Origin: Tubiluchus corallicola
Taxonomy: Eukaryota > Animalia > Priapulida
DNA: 64,000 nt
Direction: 5' to 3'
Assembly: GCA_030141605.1 (NCBI GenBank)
Contig: JAQGDQ010000697.1
Location: 1 to 64,000, forward strand
Part shown: piece by piece, positions 1 through 14,500 of the stretch
How the letters are laid out: the number at the start of each line of letters is the position of its first letter
Numbering within the stretch: the stretch's first letter is position 1
The notes under the pieces: model-generated
Told to the model about the DNA's origin: nothing
Databases searched by the model: none
The model's input: only the letters and a program-made list of their open reading frames with translations
Made by a program: the position numbers and the translations under genes

Positions 1-1195
1 GCGAGACAGATAACTGCAAACTCAGAGGCCAGAAACAGCAGTCAAAACTCCGGATTAAACTATGATGTTAACTTGAGTTAAGAGAAATATGTGAGAAAAT
101 TATACATCAGTATTATGTGATAACATCAGATGTCAAAGTAGAGAGACTGAAGTTAAATAAGGCATGTGAAAAACTACTGAAATAGAAAGAACAATGGAAC
201 AAACAATGGAACGTACAATGGAACGTACCATGGAACGTACAATGGAACGAACAATGGAACGTACAGTGGAACAAACAATGGAACGTACAGTGGAACGAAC
301 AATTCCACTTAATAATTCACCTTTTGAAGTAAAAAATCATGTCAAATAAAAAATGGAGATGGCGAGACAGATAACTGCAAACTCAGAGGCCAGAAACAGC
401 AGTCAAAACTCCGGATTAAACTATGATGTTAACTTGAGTTAAGAGAAATATGTGAGAAAATTATACTTCAGTCTTATGTGATAACATCAGATGTCAACGT
501 AGAGAGACTGAAGTTAAATAAGGCACGTGAAAAACTACTGAAACAGAACGAACAATGGAACGTACAATGGAAGGTACAATGGAACAAACAATGAAAGGTA
601 CAATGGAACGTACTATGTAACGAACAATAGAACGTACAATGGAAGGTACAATGGAACGAACAATGGAACGTACAGTGGAACGAACAATGGAACGTACAGT
701 GGAACGAACAATTCCACTTAATAATTCACCTTTTGAAGTAAAAAATCATGTCAAATAAAAAATGGAGATGGCGAGACAGATAACTGCAAACTCAGAGGCC
801 AGAAACAGCAGTCAAAACTCCGGATTAAACTATGATGTTATCATGAGTTAAGAGAAATATGTGAGAAAATTATACATCAGTATTATGTGATAACATCAGA
901 TGTCAAAGTAGAGAGACTGAAGTTAAATAAGGCATGTGAAAAACTACTGAAACAGAACGAACAATGGAACAGGACAATTACCATACAATGAGAATGAACA
1001 ATGGAACAGGACAATTTCCATACGATGAGAAGAGGGAACAATGGAAGAGGACAATTACCGTACGATGAAAACAGGGAACAGTGGAACAGGACAATTACCA
1101 TACGATGAGAAGAGGGAACAATGGAACAGGACAATTACCATACGATGAGAAGAGGGAACAATGGAACTGGACAATTACCATACGATGAGAAGACG
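1..1195. repeat. Nested satellite: 361/409-bp units with internal 12-bp (ACAATGGAACGW) arrays, ending in 40-bp units
   Basis: GCGAGACAGATAACTGC starts at 1, 362 and 771; units of about 40 bp (ACAATGGAACAGGACAATTACCATACGATGAGAAGAGGGA) at 961-1195. Confidence 0.92.
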
Positions 1196-2163
1196 TGTTA
1201 GCTACACAAATTGTAAACTGGTGTCACTGTCTCACACCCGAAAAATAAAAATAAATAAATAAAAAAAATTATGGCTCAGCTTACTCAGCAAACAAGCTAT
1301 TCTATGCAAAATCAACAGCCTGCAAAGTAAAACATATATCTCATTCCGTAGCACTAAGATTGACCAATTGTGGTGATCTACAAGTCGCAGGTGAATTTCA
1401 AATTAGATAAATTAACAACTAATCAGTAGTGGGGATGTTACATCTCTGCGTGATTTAATTACACCCCGCGCAGTGAAATGCAGTGGTCCGAAGGCAAGGT
1501 ATTTCCTGTGTTCTTTGGCTAATTGAGGGTAATTTGGGGATTATAGTGGACCTAGCAATTGTGTTGTATGGGTGGCATGAATTAGGGACCCTGCTCGGGG
1601 TCTGGGAGGATTAGGGACCCCGAATTGGGTAGTGATCACTCCTCCTGCCTATCGAGTTACGAAAAAAAGAAGACAGGTGCAAAAAGATTTCCCATGTTTT
1701 ATTGTTCAAGAACGTGCAATGATGAAGATGTAATAACTGCATTAAGAAGATTCTTGTAAATGGAATAAATTAAAACAAAAATGCCATAGGTGCTGAAATG
1801 TGATGCTGATAAACTCAACAAGTTAAAAAGACAAAGAAAATGATGCATGCGTTGCCGACACTGACCAACGACTAGGCTTTCGATTTATATTAAAATGTTA
1901 GACAAAGAATCCTGTATCAGCTTACATGGGGAAAACTGAATTGAAGTCCAAGCAAAACCTTTTTACTAGCAATAGTATTTTATGCCTAACCAACTACTTC
2001 ATTACCTGTTTGTGCTGTTTTCTTTTTGAGATTCAGTTCAATGTTATAGTATGTTTGTTTTGCATGAAATTTTGCCAGCATAAACCTGCAAGCTGCCCAC
2101 ATAGAACTAACCACATGTTGCACTACCAAGCAACACCACATATACATAAAATGCCTTGGATAC

Positions 2164-2520
2164 CTGTTATATCTATTAGACAGGTCAATTCTTTATCGCC
2201 AATGCTATTTCTAACCACGAATTTCAAAAGGGTTTCTTTATTTTCAAAGTCCTCCTGTGTAAGCTCCGATACATAAAATTCAGCTGAGAAACAGTCCTCT
2301 TGTGAATGACCACCAGCAGAAGAAACTAATTTAGAGGTAACTCTTTCATTATAAGACTCTTCGCCAATATCATCATGATTAATTGTTTTATCATCGTCCC
2401 ACGTCCAGCTAACAGAAGCGAATTTAGGATTGGAGCAAAAAACACCAGATTCCAGGGTTACACTTTCTCCCAAAGCTCCTTCAGTAGAACAGTCACCTTC
2501 TTCTAAAAAGTTTGGCTCAC
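2164..2520 (-). CDS. Gene A duplicated exon 7 (D5 copy)
   Basis: Same translation as 4443-4799 at offset 2279; splice sites intact. Confidence 0.75.
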
Positions 2521-5500
2521 CTGCAGGGATTTGGTATAACAACTTTTAATATTTATGTGGGATGTTTAATGATTACATTATCTAGTTTACATGATTGTCC
2601 GATATCAAGAAATTGTTACAAATATTATACAAAAGGTTTTTAACATAACAAAATTATAAATTAACACAAATTTAACACAAGCAAGGACAGATCTCATAAT
2701 GAATGAGTCTGTAACTTCTCCGTGGTTTATTATAACAAAATAGTGGATTAAGGTGGAGCACTGACAGAGATTTTCTTTCCAATTGCACTTGAAAAGCACA
2801 TTATAGCGTACATAAGCAAAAAAACGGTGTGTTCCAACAAAAATTAACAAACAAAGTCTATCAAAGCCACAAAATTTTTTCCTTTAAACAACCAGCCTGA
2901 AGATTGTTTAAAAAATCTATTGGATTTTAATTTATACTTTCTTTGCTGTTTTTGTTACCAAATGATTGCAACATTTCGTAACAAATTCCCAGCGGTTATA
3001 GATATATGATTGAAAAGTACTGGACTTTTAAGTAAAAACCACAAGTCAAGACAAACAGCAAAATATTCTAAAACCATACAAGTTGATGCCACAAGCTCGC
3101 TTTTAACTGAGCCGTCTGAGCACTAGTTTGCCAGCCACCAGGACACGAAAAATATAAAGCAAAATCACAGGTGATGAATCCACTAACTAAATAACATCTG
3201 TGTGTTGTGTATATGAAAATGTTCCTTAAAAATGCAAAGTTCTGTTAAAGGAAGAGCTTATCGTATGCCAAGCAGTCGTCTTTAAAAAAACAGCATGCAT
3301 TGCAACAGATACAAGACTGCAAAGTAAGTATGATATTCAGAAGCATTGATGAGTGTATACCATTGATGCAGCTGTAAACAGAAAGAGCCAAAATTCTGTT
3401 GCAACTAAATATGTTACATGTTTTTACTATTTTGATGTATTTGATTAAATCTAAGATATATTAAAAATCACCTAACTGATTGTAAATAGAATATCAAGGA
3501 AAGTCCATGTTACTAAACTATCACAAATAATGAACTACGAGTCTGCAGTGATACTTTGTGCAATTATAATACTTCAAGCAGGATCAGCGGAAAATGTACA
3601 TGAGAGTCACATAAAGACACTACAATGGAAAACAGTGACAGCATAGGGTATTTTCCCACCCAAGAAATAAAGAAACTAGAAAAAACTGCACAAATGTTTG
3701 GGATGTAACTTCTCTGTTACACATTTACATTTTAGCTGGTGAAATGCTAGACTCGCAAAACTCCAACGCATCGAAACATTTTATGCTTTTTTTTAACACG
3801 ACTTTCATTCTTGAATAAAATTCTACAATCTCATTTCAGAATAAATTGTGGGCAGAAATCAGCTGCTACAGAGCTGAAAACAAGCAAAGCAAGAGACATT
3901 TGCTGCGATCTTGCAAGCAATGCAATACATTAGCACCACATGTAAACACATGAATAGAGCTTTTGTGTCCTTTACCTAATATATCTATATTGCAATTGAC
4001 ATCAACCTCACTGACGACATTCTCCACAGTGAATGTAATTTTTCCATCATCAAAATCATCTCTATTAAGTTCTAAGATGTGAAGCTGATAAACTCAACAA
4101 GTTAAAAAGACAAAGAAAATGATGCATGCGTTGCCGACACTGACCAACGACTAGGCTTTCGATTTATATTAAAATGTTAGACAAAGAATCCTGTATCAGC
4201 TTACATGGGGAAAACTGAATTGAAGTCCAAGCAAAACCTTTTTACTAGCAATAGTATTTTATGCCTAACCAACTACTTCATTACCTGTTTGTGCTGTTTT
4301 CTTTTTGAGATTCAGTTCAATGTTATAGTATGTTTGTTTTGCATGAAATTTTGCCAGCATAAACCTGCAAGCTGCCCACATAGAACTAACCACATGTTGC
4401 ACTACCAAGCAACACCACATATACATAAAATGCCTTGGATACCTGTTATATCTATTAGACAGGTCAATTCTTTATCGCCAATGCTATTTCTAACCACGAA
4501 TTTCAAAAGGGTTTCTTTATTTTCAAAGTCCTCCTGTGTAAGCTCCGATACATAAAATTCAGCTGAGAAACAGTCCTCTTGTGAATGACCACCAGCAGAA
4601 GAAACTAATTTAGAGGTAACTCTTTCATTATAAGACTCTTCGCCAATATCATCATGATTAATTGTTTTATCATCGTCCCACGTCCAGCTAACAGAAGCGA
4701 ATTTAGGATTGGAGCAAAAAACACCAGATTCCAGGGTTACACTTTCTCCCAAAGCTCCTTCAGTAGAACAGTCACCTTCTTCTAAAAAGTTTGGCTCACC
4801 TGCAGGGATTTGGTATAACAACTTTTAATATTTATGTGGGATGTTTAATGATTACATTATCTAGTTTACATGATTGTCCGATATCAAGAAATTGTTACAA
4901 ATATTATACAAAAGGTTTTTAACATAACAAAATTATAAATTAACACAAATTTAACACAAGCAAGGACAGATCTCATAATGAATGAGTCTGTAACTTCTCC
5001 GTGGTTTATTATAACAAAATAGTGGATTAAGGTGGAGCACTGACAGAGATTTTCTTTCCAATTGCACTTGAAAAGCACATTATAGCGTACATAAGCAAAA
5101 AAACGGTGTGTTCCAACAAAAATTAACAAACAAAGTCTATCAAAGCCACAAAATTTTTTCCTTTAAACAACCAGCCTGAAGATTGTTTAAAAAATCTATT
5201 GGATTTTAATTTATACTTTCTTTGCTGTTTTTGTTACCAAATGATTGCAACATTTCGTAACAAATTCCCAGCGGTTATAGATATATGATTGAAAAGTACT
5301 GGACTTTTAAGTAAAAACCACAAGTCAAGACAAACAGCAAAATATTCTAAAACCATACAAGTTGATGCCACAAGCTCGCTTTTAACTGAGCCGTCTGAGC
5401 ACTAGTTTGCCAGCCACCAGGACACGAAAAATATAAAGCAAAATCACAGGTGATGAATCCACTAACTAAATAACATCTGTGTGTTGTGTATATGAAAATG

Positions 5501-8500
5501 TTCCTTAAAAATGCAAAGTTCTGTTAAAGGAAGAGCTTATCGTATGCCAAGCAGTCGTCTTTAAAAAAACAGCATGCATTGCAACAGATACAAGACTGCA
5601 AAGTAAGTATGATATTCAGAAGCATTGATGAGTGTATACCATTGATGCAGCTGTAAACAGAAAGAGCCAAAATTCTGTTGCAACTAAATATGTTACATGT
5701 TTTTACTATTTTGATGTATTTGATTAAATCTAAGATATATTAAAAATCACCTAACTGATTGTAAATAGAATATCAAGGAAAGTCCATGTTACTAAACTAT
5801 CACAAATAATGAACTACGAGTCTGCAGTGATACTTTGTGCAATTATAATACTTCAAGCAGGATCAGCGGAAAATGTACATGAGAGTCACATAAAGACACT
5901 ACAATGGAAAACAGTGACAGCATAGGGTATTTTCCCACCCAAGAAATAAAGAAACTAGAAAAAACTGCACAAATGTTTGGGATGTAACTTCTCTGTTACA
6001 CATTTACATTTTAGCTGGTGAAATGCTAGACTCGCAAAACTCCAACGCATCGAAACATTTTATGCTTTTTTTTAACACGACTTTCATTCTTGAATAAAAT
6101 TCTACAATCTCATTTCAGAATAAATTGTGGGCAGAAATCAGCTGCTACAGAGCTGAAAACAAGCAAAGCAAGAGACATTTGCTGCGATCTTGCAAGCAAT
6201 GCAATACATTAGCACCACATGTAAACACATGAATAGAGCTTTTGTGTCCTTTACCTAATATATCTATATTGCAATTGACATCAACCTCACTGACGACATT
6301 CTCCACAGTGAATGTAATTTTTCCATCATCAAAATCATCTCTATTAAGTTCTAAGATGTGAAGTTTGGCTTTGAAACAATCTTCGGCTGAATGACCTCCT
6401 TCAGCATCAGTTAGATTGGAAAAGATTCGTTCATTGTAAATTACTTCACCAGCACCATCATGGCTAATAACTTTATCTACATCCCACGTCCAAGAGGCAG
6501 AACTAAACTGTGGCTTGGAACAGAAGACAGCAGACTCCAGCGTCACACTTTTTCCAACCTCTGCTTCAGTCGTACAGTCATGTTCTCCCAGGAACCGTGG
6601 TCCACCTGATTTGCACACAAGTTTTGATCAAGTAAATCATGACACTTTCTACTAAAACATTGATTACTTTAAACAAGAGATCAATAAGAATAGCTGAATG
6701 TTTGCAGCATAAACTCAGTAGTACTGGTAAGTCTGGTTAGTGAATTGAAACAGACAGAGATTTAGACAGTTCCAACTGCCATACTGCCTGCACCTAAACC
6801 CCATCAAGAGAGAATGTATCTGCATTCGAAGAAGGGGCGACACCTCGGTCATTTAGTGTCCAGTCTTAGAGGATCATCTTTCATAATAAGCTAAGTGGCA
6901 GTCAAGTCTCTGATATCTAAATAAAACAGGTTTTGCCGCCGTGTGTTGAAGTGTATAACTAGCTCATCAAAATAAAAAATAATCAGAAAAAAGAACGTTG
7001 GGCATTTCCAAAAAAATTATGTTAAAGTTATCGACAGTAAATGTAAATATTTCTTTTTAAACACCATACAACAGGTTAAACTTTTAATATTAAAAAGAAC
7101 ATCTAATAACGAAAAACAATAGACAAAGACAAACTAAAATAAAACTTACATGGTTATAATAAACTGTTGAAGAACATTTTCCTAGCAGCTTGACTTCATT
7201 AAGTAGCTGTTCAAGTTAAATCTTCGTAGAGCCAAGTATTCATTATTATTTGTTTAATTAATTTATTAAATATATCCACAACGATCATTACAGTATAGCA
7301 CTATTAATAACATACTTATTATTATGTACACAACATGCCAAGCTGCAAATGACCCGTGGGGTACTCAAGAAGTAATTACTTGTTGAGAGCACCCCAAATG
7401 AATGTGGATTGAGTGAAGTAGAAAAGAGCAGTAAAGGAGTAGAAAAGAAAAGTTAAAGGAGAATGAAAAGAAAGAGAAAGATGTGATGGTATCTGTATGA
7501 AGTAACACAACTATAGAAATATGGAAATCGACATAGCCAGCGACGTGATGGATTCTGACAGGGACAGCAGCGTAATTAGTCAAATTTATTTATTCTATAT
7601 AGTTAGAAAAGTATATTTGATGATATGACTTATCAGACACGTTTATTGCAGAATGGAAGCCTAACTTTGAATGAACTAAAGAATAAACAGCAAGACAAAT
7701 AAGCTAGATGATGACACAAAGGCTGAAGAAAAGGAAGAGAAGGCTTACTGTAAAGTTTCCCAGTTTTGTAAAAGGTCTTCTGAATAAGCCTATAAGCGAC
7801 TTGCGGCATTCCATGTAAAGGTGTAACTAATTGACTTTAATTATGATTGGTTTACCTATTACCATGCGAAATGACTAAATGAAATGTGAAATATGTGGTG
7901 CATGTTAAGTAACTAAAATCAGATGTAAAAAGAAGATGGCTGTACAATGTGTCACTTTTCTGTTCAATATCAAATTTTTATTATTAACTGATAATGTTAT
8001 CATTAATAATAAAAATTCTACACATATAACTGCAGGGTTTAGGGTAAAAATGTTTCATTCATGACTGTAACGAATTTCACAGTAAGCAATTTACTGTTAT
8101 TTTATCAAATATAAAGTTTTGGAACAATACCCGTACTTTACATAAGAGAAATTTAATTTAAAAACAATTTTTGTTTAACTAAAAATGCTAACCGTAACTT
8201 AAGTTTGATACAAATTTAAGTAAATTTCCTAATGAATTGGTGCCTCAAAGTTGCATTTTCTCCTGAATGTTTTATTCGGTTTCGTCCTGTGAAACTTTGG
8301 AAAACTGCAGGTTAAACAACTGTGGTAGCAACGACTTAATTGGATACTGAGTCGTTTCTATGACACTGAATTTGTAAACAATGCTACACAGTGAAATGTC
8401 GCAGCAAAATGTAAACGCTCTTCCAAGGACTGAGTTTTACTAGGGACATCTAACAAGTAAAATGAGTAAAAAACAAGTTCTAGACGTTCTTCTCAAATGA

Positions 8501-11500
8501 CACCTTCATACCAGATTTCCTCTTTTATAAATCACCAAGAAAAACTAGAAGTTTCAGAAAATCTTAGTTAGAGCTTTTTTTGCTAATGTTGTGTTATGTG
8601 CAAACTTCACAGAGTATTCAGAGTTTTGAAATTTAAAGCCCTTGTTAATACTGGTTAAGCCCTTGTTAATAATGAAGGCAATTAAAGCTTATCTATTATT
8701 ACACACATTGTTTCTCTGGCATGTTTATAACCAGTAAGAAGACTAAAATCATGGATGGAGATACTAGAGAAATCTCGGAAGCTGAGGAATGAATTGTCGA
8801 GACAGCAATTAACCCATTTAACATACTAAAACACGATTCTTAGTAAAACTCTTGCAGAGGACTGGCTGTACCCTCTCCCCACTTCCCAAGGATGTATTAG
8901 GGGCAAAGATATTGATTATTTTTGCACAGGAGTGACCGAACCTCCTCCATTTCCCAAGTATTTATCCAAGGCTAAGATATTGATTATTTATTGATTAAAA
9001 CGAGCAGGCAAATGACAATAAATCCAAGCAGCTGAGGTACCTTTACTGGACTCAGGAAGGACAATTCAACAGGTAAGTAAACAAGCTAAAGCTCATGTCA
9101 GTAATATCCTTATTACTAAGTTAGACCGCCAAAGCTTCTCACAATAAAATATGGAATTGTTCAAAACTTCTTTAAACCTGTAGATTTGTGTTCAAATGCC
9201 TGGCTAGAATCAGATTAGTGTCTCTTATTCTTACCTTAAGAGTCGGGTATTCTTAATTTCAAAGGACAAGTAAGATATCTCCGACGTATATCTCTGACGT
9301 AGTTTATCTCTTGCATACTGCATTCAAGCTATTAAAGTGTAAATTATGGGAAGATACACTCTGGGATAACATCCATCTTTTCCCACATTTATAGCAATGG
9401 TTGATGCACAAGTAAGAATTAACACTAGGTGTAAATTGCAACACCTTTACGTAAATTAATCACACGAAACATAGATAAAGTCTCGTGATCTGAGATAAGC
9501 AAAAACAAAATCAGTTGAAACTTGTAAAGAATGGAGCACATCACTTCAACAGATACAAACAGCTAAACGCAAATGCCACAAGACACGATGACAAGGGCGA
9601 AACTCAAATAAGAGTAAAATCATTCCAGTCCAATGTCATGTAGTTCAGTAGTAACAATGAAACTAATCTGGTTACTTTTCAATGATAACTATACTTGATA
9701 ACTATAGTTGATAAATAGATCCATAGATCTTGCCAAGCTGCTAACATTAGGAGCAACAAAATATGTGCAAACTGCCTAATGTCATGCTACAGCAGAGACT
9801 ATTGGTAATAAGAGCAGTAAACAAGTATGTAATTTTACATTAATGGTTACAGATACAGTCACTTTGAGTATGAAGAAATTGTAGCCTGTTTTCAACCAAT
9901 TCAGATAAATTATGTACTGACTATCTGACAGGGATATTTTGTTATGTTGTTGATAGTTTGGTATTTATCACTTGTTGCGCGACCGTTTGTATTCTCGTAA
10001 ATAATTTTTGAAATGTTTTTTTACCTGTTACAACTTGTTTGCTTTTTATACCCAAAAATGGAACCCAATTAACACATTAATAAACCAAAGAAGAAAATAT
10101 TTTTGACATGTTCAAGCACCTCAGATACTAACTGTTACTATCATCAAATGGAAGAAATAATAATTATTAATACCGATGATCTGAGATAAATTAAAACAAA
10201 GTTGGATAAAACTGGTTGAGAATGGAACATATCACTCCAATGGACAGGAATTTTCTTTTAGAACTTCCAGTAGAAAATCACCATTAATTTGGGAAAAGTT
10301 AACGTTATTAACTTGGGAAAAGCTGAATGAACATTAAACAATATTCAAGCTTGAAGAAATTTCATGCAAAACAATAAGATGTGCAGTTAAATATGTGAAT
10401 GACAGCATGCAAATGTAAGCTATGCAATGACTTCACAACTTTTCAATGCTTATTATGGATAAATACATATTACCTATTGTTTAATCACTATTTTATATTT
10501 TTTCAACTAATAACAGGATAAATTATTTAGCCAAGAAATGTTATAATCAGAAAAACAGCTGCTGTCTGTATCAAAACAAGTACAGCAGTAATTCCACCAT
10601 ATTAAAACTTCAGCATTGAACTGACAGTTAACTGTGGTTCTTTTCATAGTTACAGCATTCCGACAAATATATTGTAAAGTGCAAACATCTATGTAAACAC
10701 ATATCTTCAGATATTTTTAAAAAAATCATATTCAAGTCGTTAGCCAAAAACAAAAAGAATAAATGTTTTAAGCTCTATTTAGTAGAGTGAGCAAACATAC
10801 CATTAACTGTTATCTCTACCTCCGCAGATCCACTACCAATGCTGTTACTTGCTTCACATTTGTATTTACCTCCATCGTCCAATGTAACTGAACCCCTTTT
10901 GAGAATTCTGGTTGTTTCAGGTAAATCATTTTTATCTTTACTCCATTCATACTCCGTGGGCTCAGGATTCCCATCAGCTTCACATTCTAGTTCTAGTGTG
11001 TCACCAATGACAACAGTTTCTTTTCCTTGAAGAATTTTGATGTTGAAATTTTCCATCATATCTGCATCATTAAAAATGCAAATTTATATTTGTTTAGTTG
11101 AATAACCACATTTATTTCTTGTAGTTAAAATGTAGAATGAAGCATATTGTAAAATAAAAAAATACAGATGATTGGAAAATCTGAATTTGACACAAACACA
11201 TTAGTTAGCATACAAACATATTATGTATGATAATTCAAACGAAATTTATAGCCAACAACAGCATCAAAGTTAAAGGAAATTTACAGATTACTCTTCCTCC
11301 AAAGGTGAGATGGAGGTAAAAAAGTAGTTTGGACACAGATCACACCAACTTCAGTAAGATGCTATTCATTAACTTCAGTTATTGGTCATTATCAGTAGTG
11401 CCGTTGACGGTCACCACAAAATGTAAGAACAAAGTGAGGGCAAATAGGTCTTGAAAATACATCCTCTGATTCGTAATCAGCACAAAGTGTTTTCAATACC

Positions 11501-14500
11501 TTGGAACGTCTCATATTAACAGTATAGAATGTTTCAACACACTTCATAGTAAATTTTCAAATTACAACTTGGAGAACGATACTTTTATCAGAAGACGCCA
11601 TTCAAGGACATTGACATAACAATGATGTAGCCTTTCAGAGACAATTGTTAACAGGTAATTGTAAAACCAAAACAATTCAACATTTCAGATGAATCTCCGA
11701 TTGCTGAAATTTTAAAATGCTAGCAGTTTTTGCAAATATTCTGAACAAATCCTCTGAAATGCTCATAACATTTTCCATACACTGGAATTAATTGAAATGT
11801 TGATACATCTAACTGTGTCATCGAGTAATTAATTGTCATAGACGTCCTGTTTGGAAAAAAGTCTGTATTAATTTTGAAATATTTCTACAGTTAGCATAAA
11901 TGGTAGCATCGGTTTACAGATTTCTCAACAATACAAAGCAGTGCTTTATGCTAAGCAGCATTTAATCGCTTGCAAGTACTTGTAATGACATGTTGTTACT
12001 GTGTTAAATTTCCTCAATGAGTAGAACCATTACAAAAAATAACTAAAATATCAGTCAATATCTCTGTTCTTTCTAATGCACAGATGTGCTCAGTTCACTC
12101 TTGCATTGCCATTTGGAACTTGATTTGTGACTTGTGTATCAGTATATAAAGTAACAAATGCTAATAATTAGCTCAAAAAAGTGATCTTATTATTGTTTTA
12201 GGCTGATTGGTGTTTTGTAACAAAATCAACAACAGTGACTGCAATGGTACAGTTTCAGAATGCAAATTGATACTCCCAAGAATTGCACAGTAATTTGATA
12301 ATAATATGAGTCGTCATCAGTTATTTGCTGGCCACTTTTTCTTACCTTTTCTATACATTTCCATATTATATTAGTAATAACAACAGATTTGAAATCCCCC
12401 AAATTCACCATCTTCTTTTGAAGCAGAAAAGATATGCACCATGCCAGAAAGGTCTTGAGCAGGCATAGATGGCTATGGCATCAATTTTGGCAGCTTTAGT
12501 ACACAAAGAGGAAAGAGGTGGGATTGTCTAGCCCATTGTTTGGTAACCTTTATTTTCCAGAGGTAATCAATTAAGGCTGAATAAACATAGGAAGGTGGAC
12601 AAAGGGTCTTTTAAGAGGAAGCATGGCTCGTAAAAAATGGCATGAGAGGGACTCAAACCTCGAATCAATGGTCTAACAACGTATGCTACGTCATAGAGCC
12701 TTAAATAAGCCTACCTTTTTAAAAGTGATCATTTGACTTTGTACACTAGTTTTTCTCTGTTTCCAAAAGAAAGAGTTCTTCTCAAGACATTATATAAAAA
12801 GATCTTTTACAGATGATGCTTCAGTAATATTTAAAAATGGCAAGTCAGTATAGCAAAAATGCACATTGATGGACTCTTGGAGAATGTGAACATGTTCATT
12901 ACACCCAACGAGCGAAATATTAAAAAAACTAAAAATTAGATTCTTACTGGTCAATTCCATTGAAATCAAGTATGAGTACACGACTAACCAATAATTTTTA
13001 CTTTGTTACACAGGCATCATTGTTTCTTTATTTATAATGTAGAATTTCTTCATTCTTCTTTATTTATTTACCATTTGTAACCATCCTTAATACCGATAAC
13101 AACCTAAATTCAATTTAGCACTACCAGTAACAACTTACATTCCACATTTAGTGTTTTATTGATAAACTTCAATTCCAGCTCAGGCACGGACACTCTACAT
13201 TGTAAAACTGCTCCATTGTCTCCATGTTCACCAGGTTTAAACGCATGATTCAGTGTACTAATGTCATCATCTTGTACTGCTGAATCCGTAATATCTTCTG
13301 AATCTGAAACAGTATTGCAAAATGAATAATTTAAAGCACATTCAACATGTTCCTTCAATAAGCCTTTTAGAAATTGCACTACGTGTTGTATGTTGTATGA
13401 CAAACGTTATTGGTACCTTTAGCCTGGTGCACTGCATGTCAGATTACTGGTACCATCATGTGACTATATGCTATTGGTCAAACTTCCTTGGCAAAGGCAA
13501 AATACCATAAAGAACTATACCCCACTGTAACCCTAACCCTAAATACATATTTTACTAAGAGTGCAAGTTTGTACCTAAATTTGTTTATAACTTATGTAAG
13601 ACTAAATGTATGTAACAGCCTATAATTTACATACCAACAAACCAGCTGATGACAGGTTTAAGATTTCCGCCTTGAGCTCCACATTTAAATTCCTCATTTG
13701 TGTCGTCAGCTTTAACTGTGACTTCTTGCTCATTTGTTACATCTGTACCATTAAGTGTCATGCTCAAAACTGTAAAGTAGTTTTAGTGCTAAAAATTGAT
13801 TCTAGAATGTAGAATAGAACAAAATACGTGATTCAACACATCCATACAAAAGTTTGCTCCTCTTAGAGTCTGTGCTACAGCCACAATTAGCAGTGGGCTA
13901 ATCTGGATGATCAAAGATACTTTTAATCATTTATGTAAAGTGAAATTTCAGTATAACAGCAATAGTAAAGAAGACAAAGTGCCCATTAAGTCAGGAAAAT
14001 TTTCATTTTTCACAAGGTGCATTCGACCTTCATGGTAGAGAAATACAATAGTAAAAATTATGAAAAGTACGGTGTAAAACTACTTCTTGAAAAACAGCCA
14101 AAACCGACCTGTTTGCTATATAAATCCTGAGTTTAACCAACTATTTGTGGTATACTATCAGCAACAAATAACTGTTTTGTGGTAATTTGAAAAAAAAGAA
14201 TTTATGGGCACTTTGTCTTCTATATGATTAATACAATGCCAAGTCTCAAAAGAGCACTATATTATGTACAATATAACAGTATCAAAAGTTATTATATCTG
14301 CCGACAATTACAATTTGCTTAAAATACTTTGCAAGCATTCCAAAGGAAAATTATCTGAAATGCAAAGAGATGAAACTTGCCATCATGTTCTGTAACAACA
14401 AAGCCTATAAGTCATTTTCAATCCACATAAAACAAAATGAGATATTTTTTCAGGTACATTAGGTCCTTCAAACAACACTGATCTATTTCGCTTTGTAACT

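Larger units (their letters stand above)
1805..6363. repeat. 2279-bp tandem duplication inside gene A
   Basis: 1805-4084 matches 4084-6363; identical ORF translations at offset 2279. Confidence 0.95.

Noticed and set aside
1926-2276. Antisense ORFs over Ig exons (also 4205-4555, 10839-11030, 31944-32162, 36054-36347, 37645-37899, 56499-56723)
   Set aside because: Shadow frames opposite real exons, with no recognisable motifs
7590-10600. Possible extra exons in the 3-kb segment unique to gene A intron 5
   Set aside because: No phase-compatible open exon with Ig motifs found by eye; only short internal repeats (9487 vs 10179)
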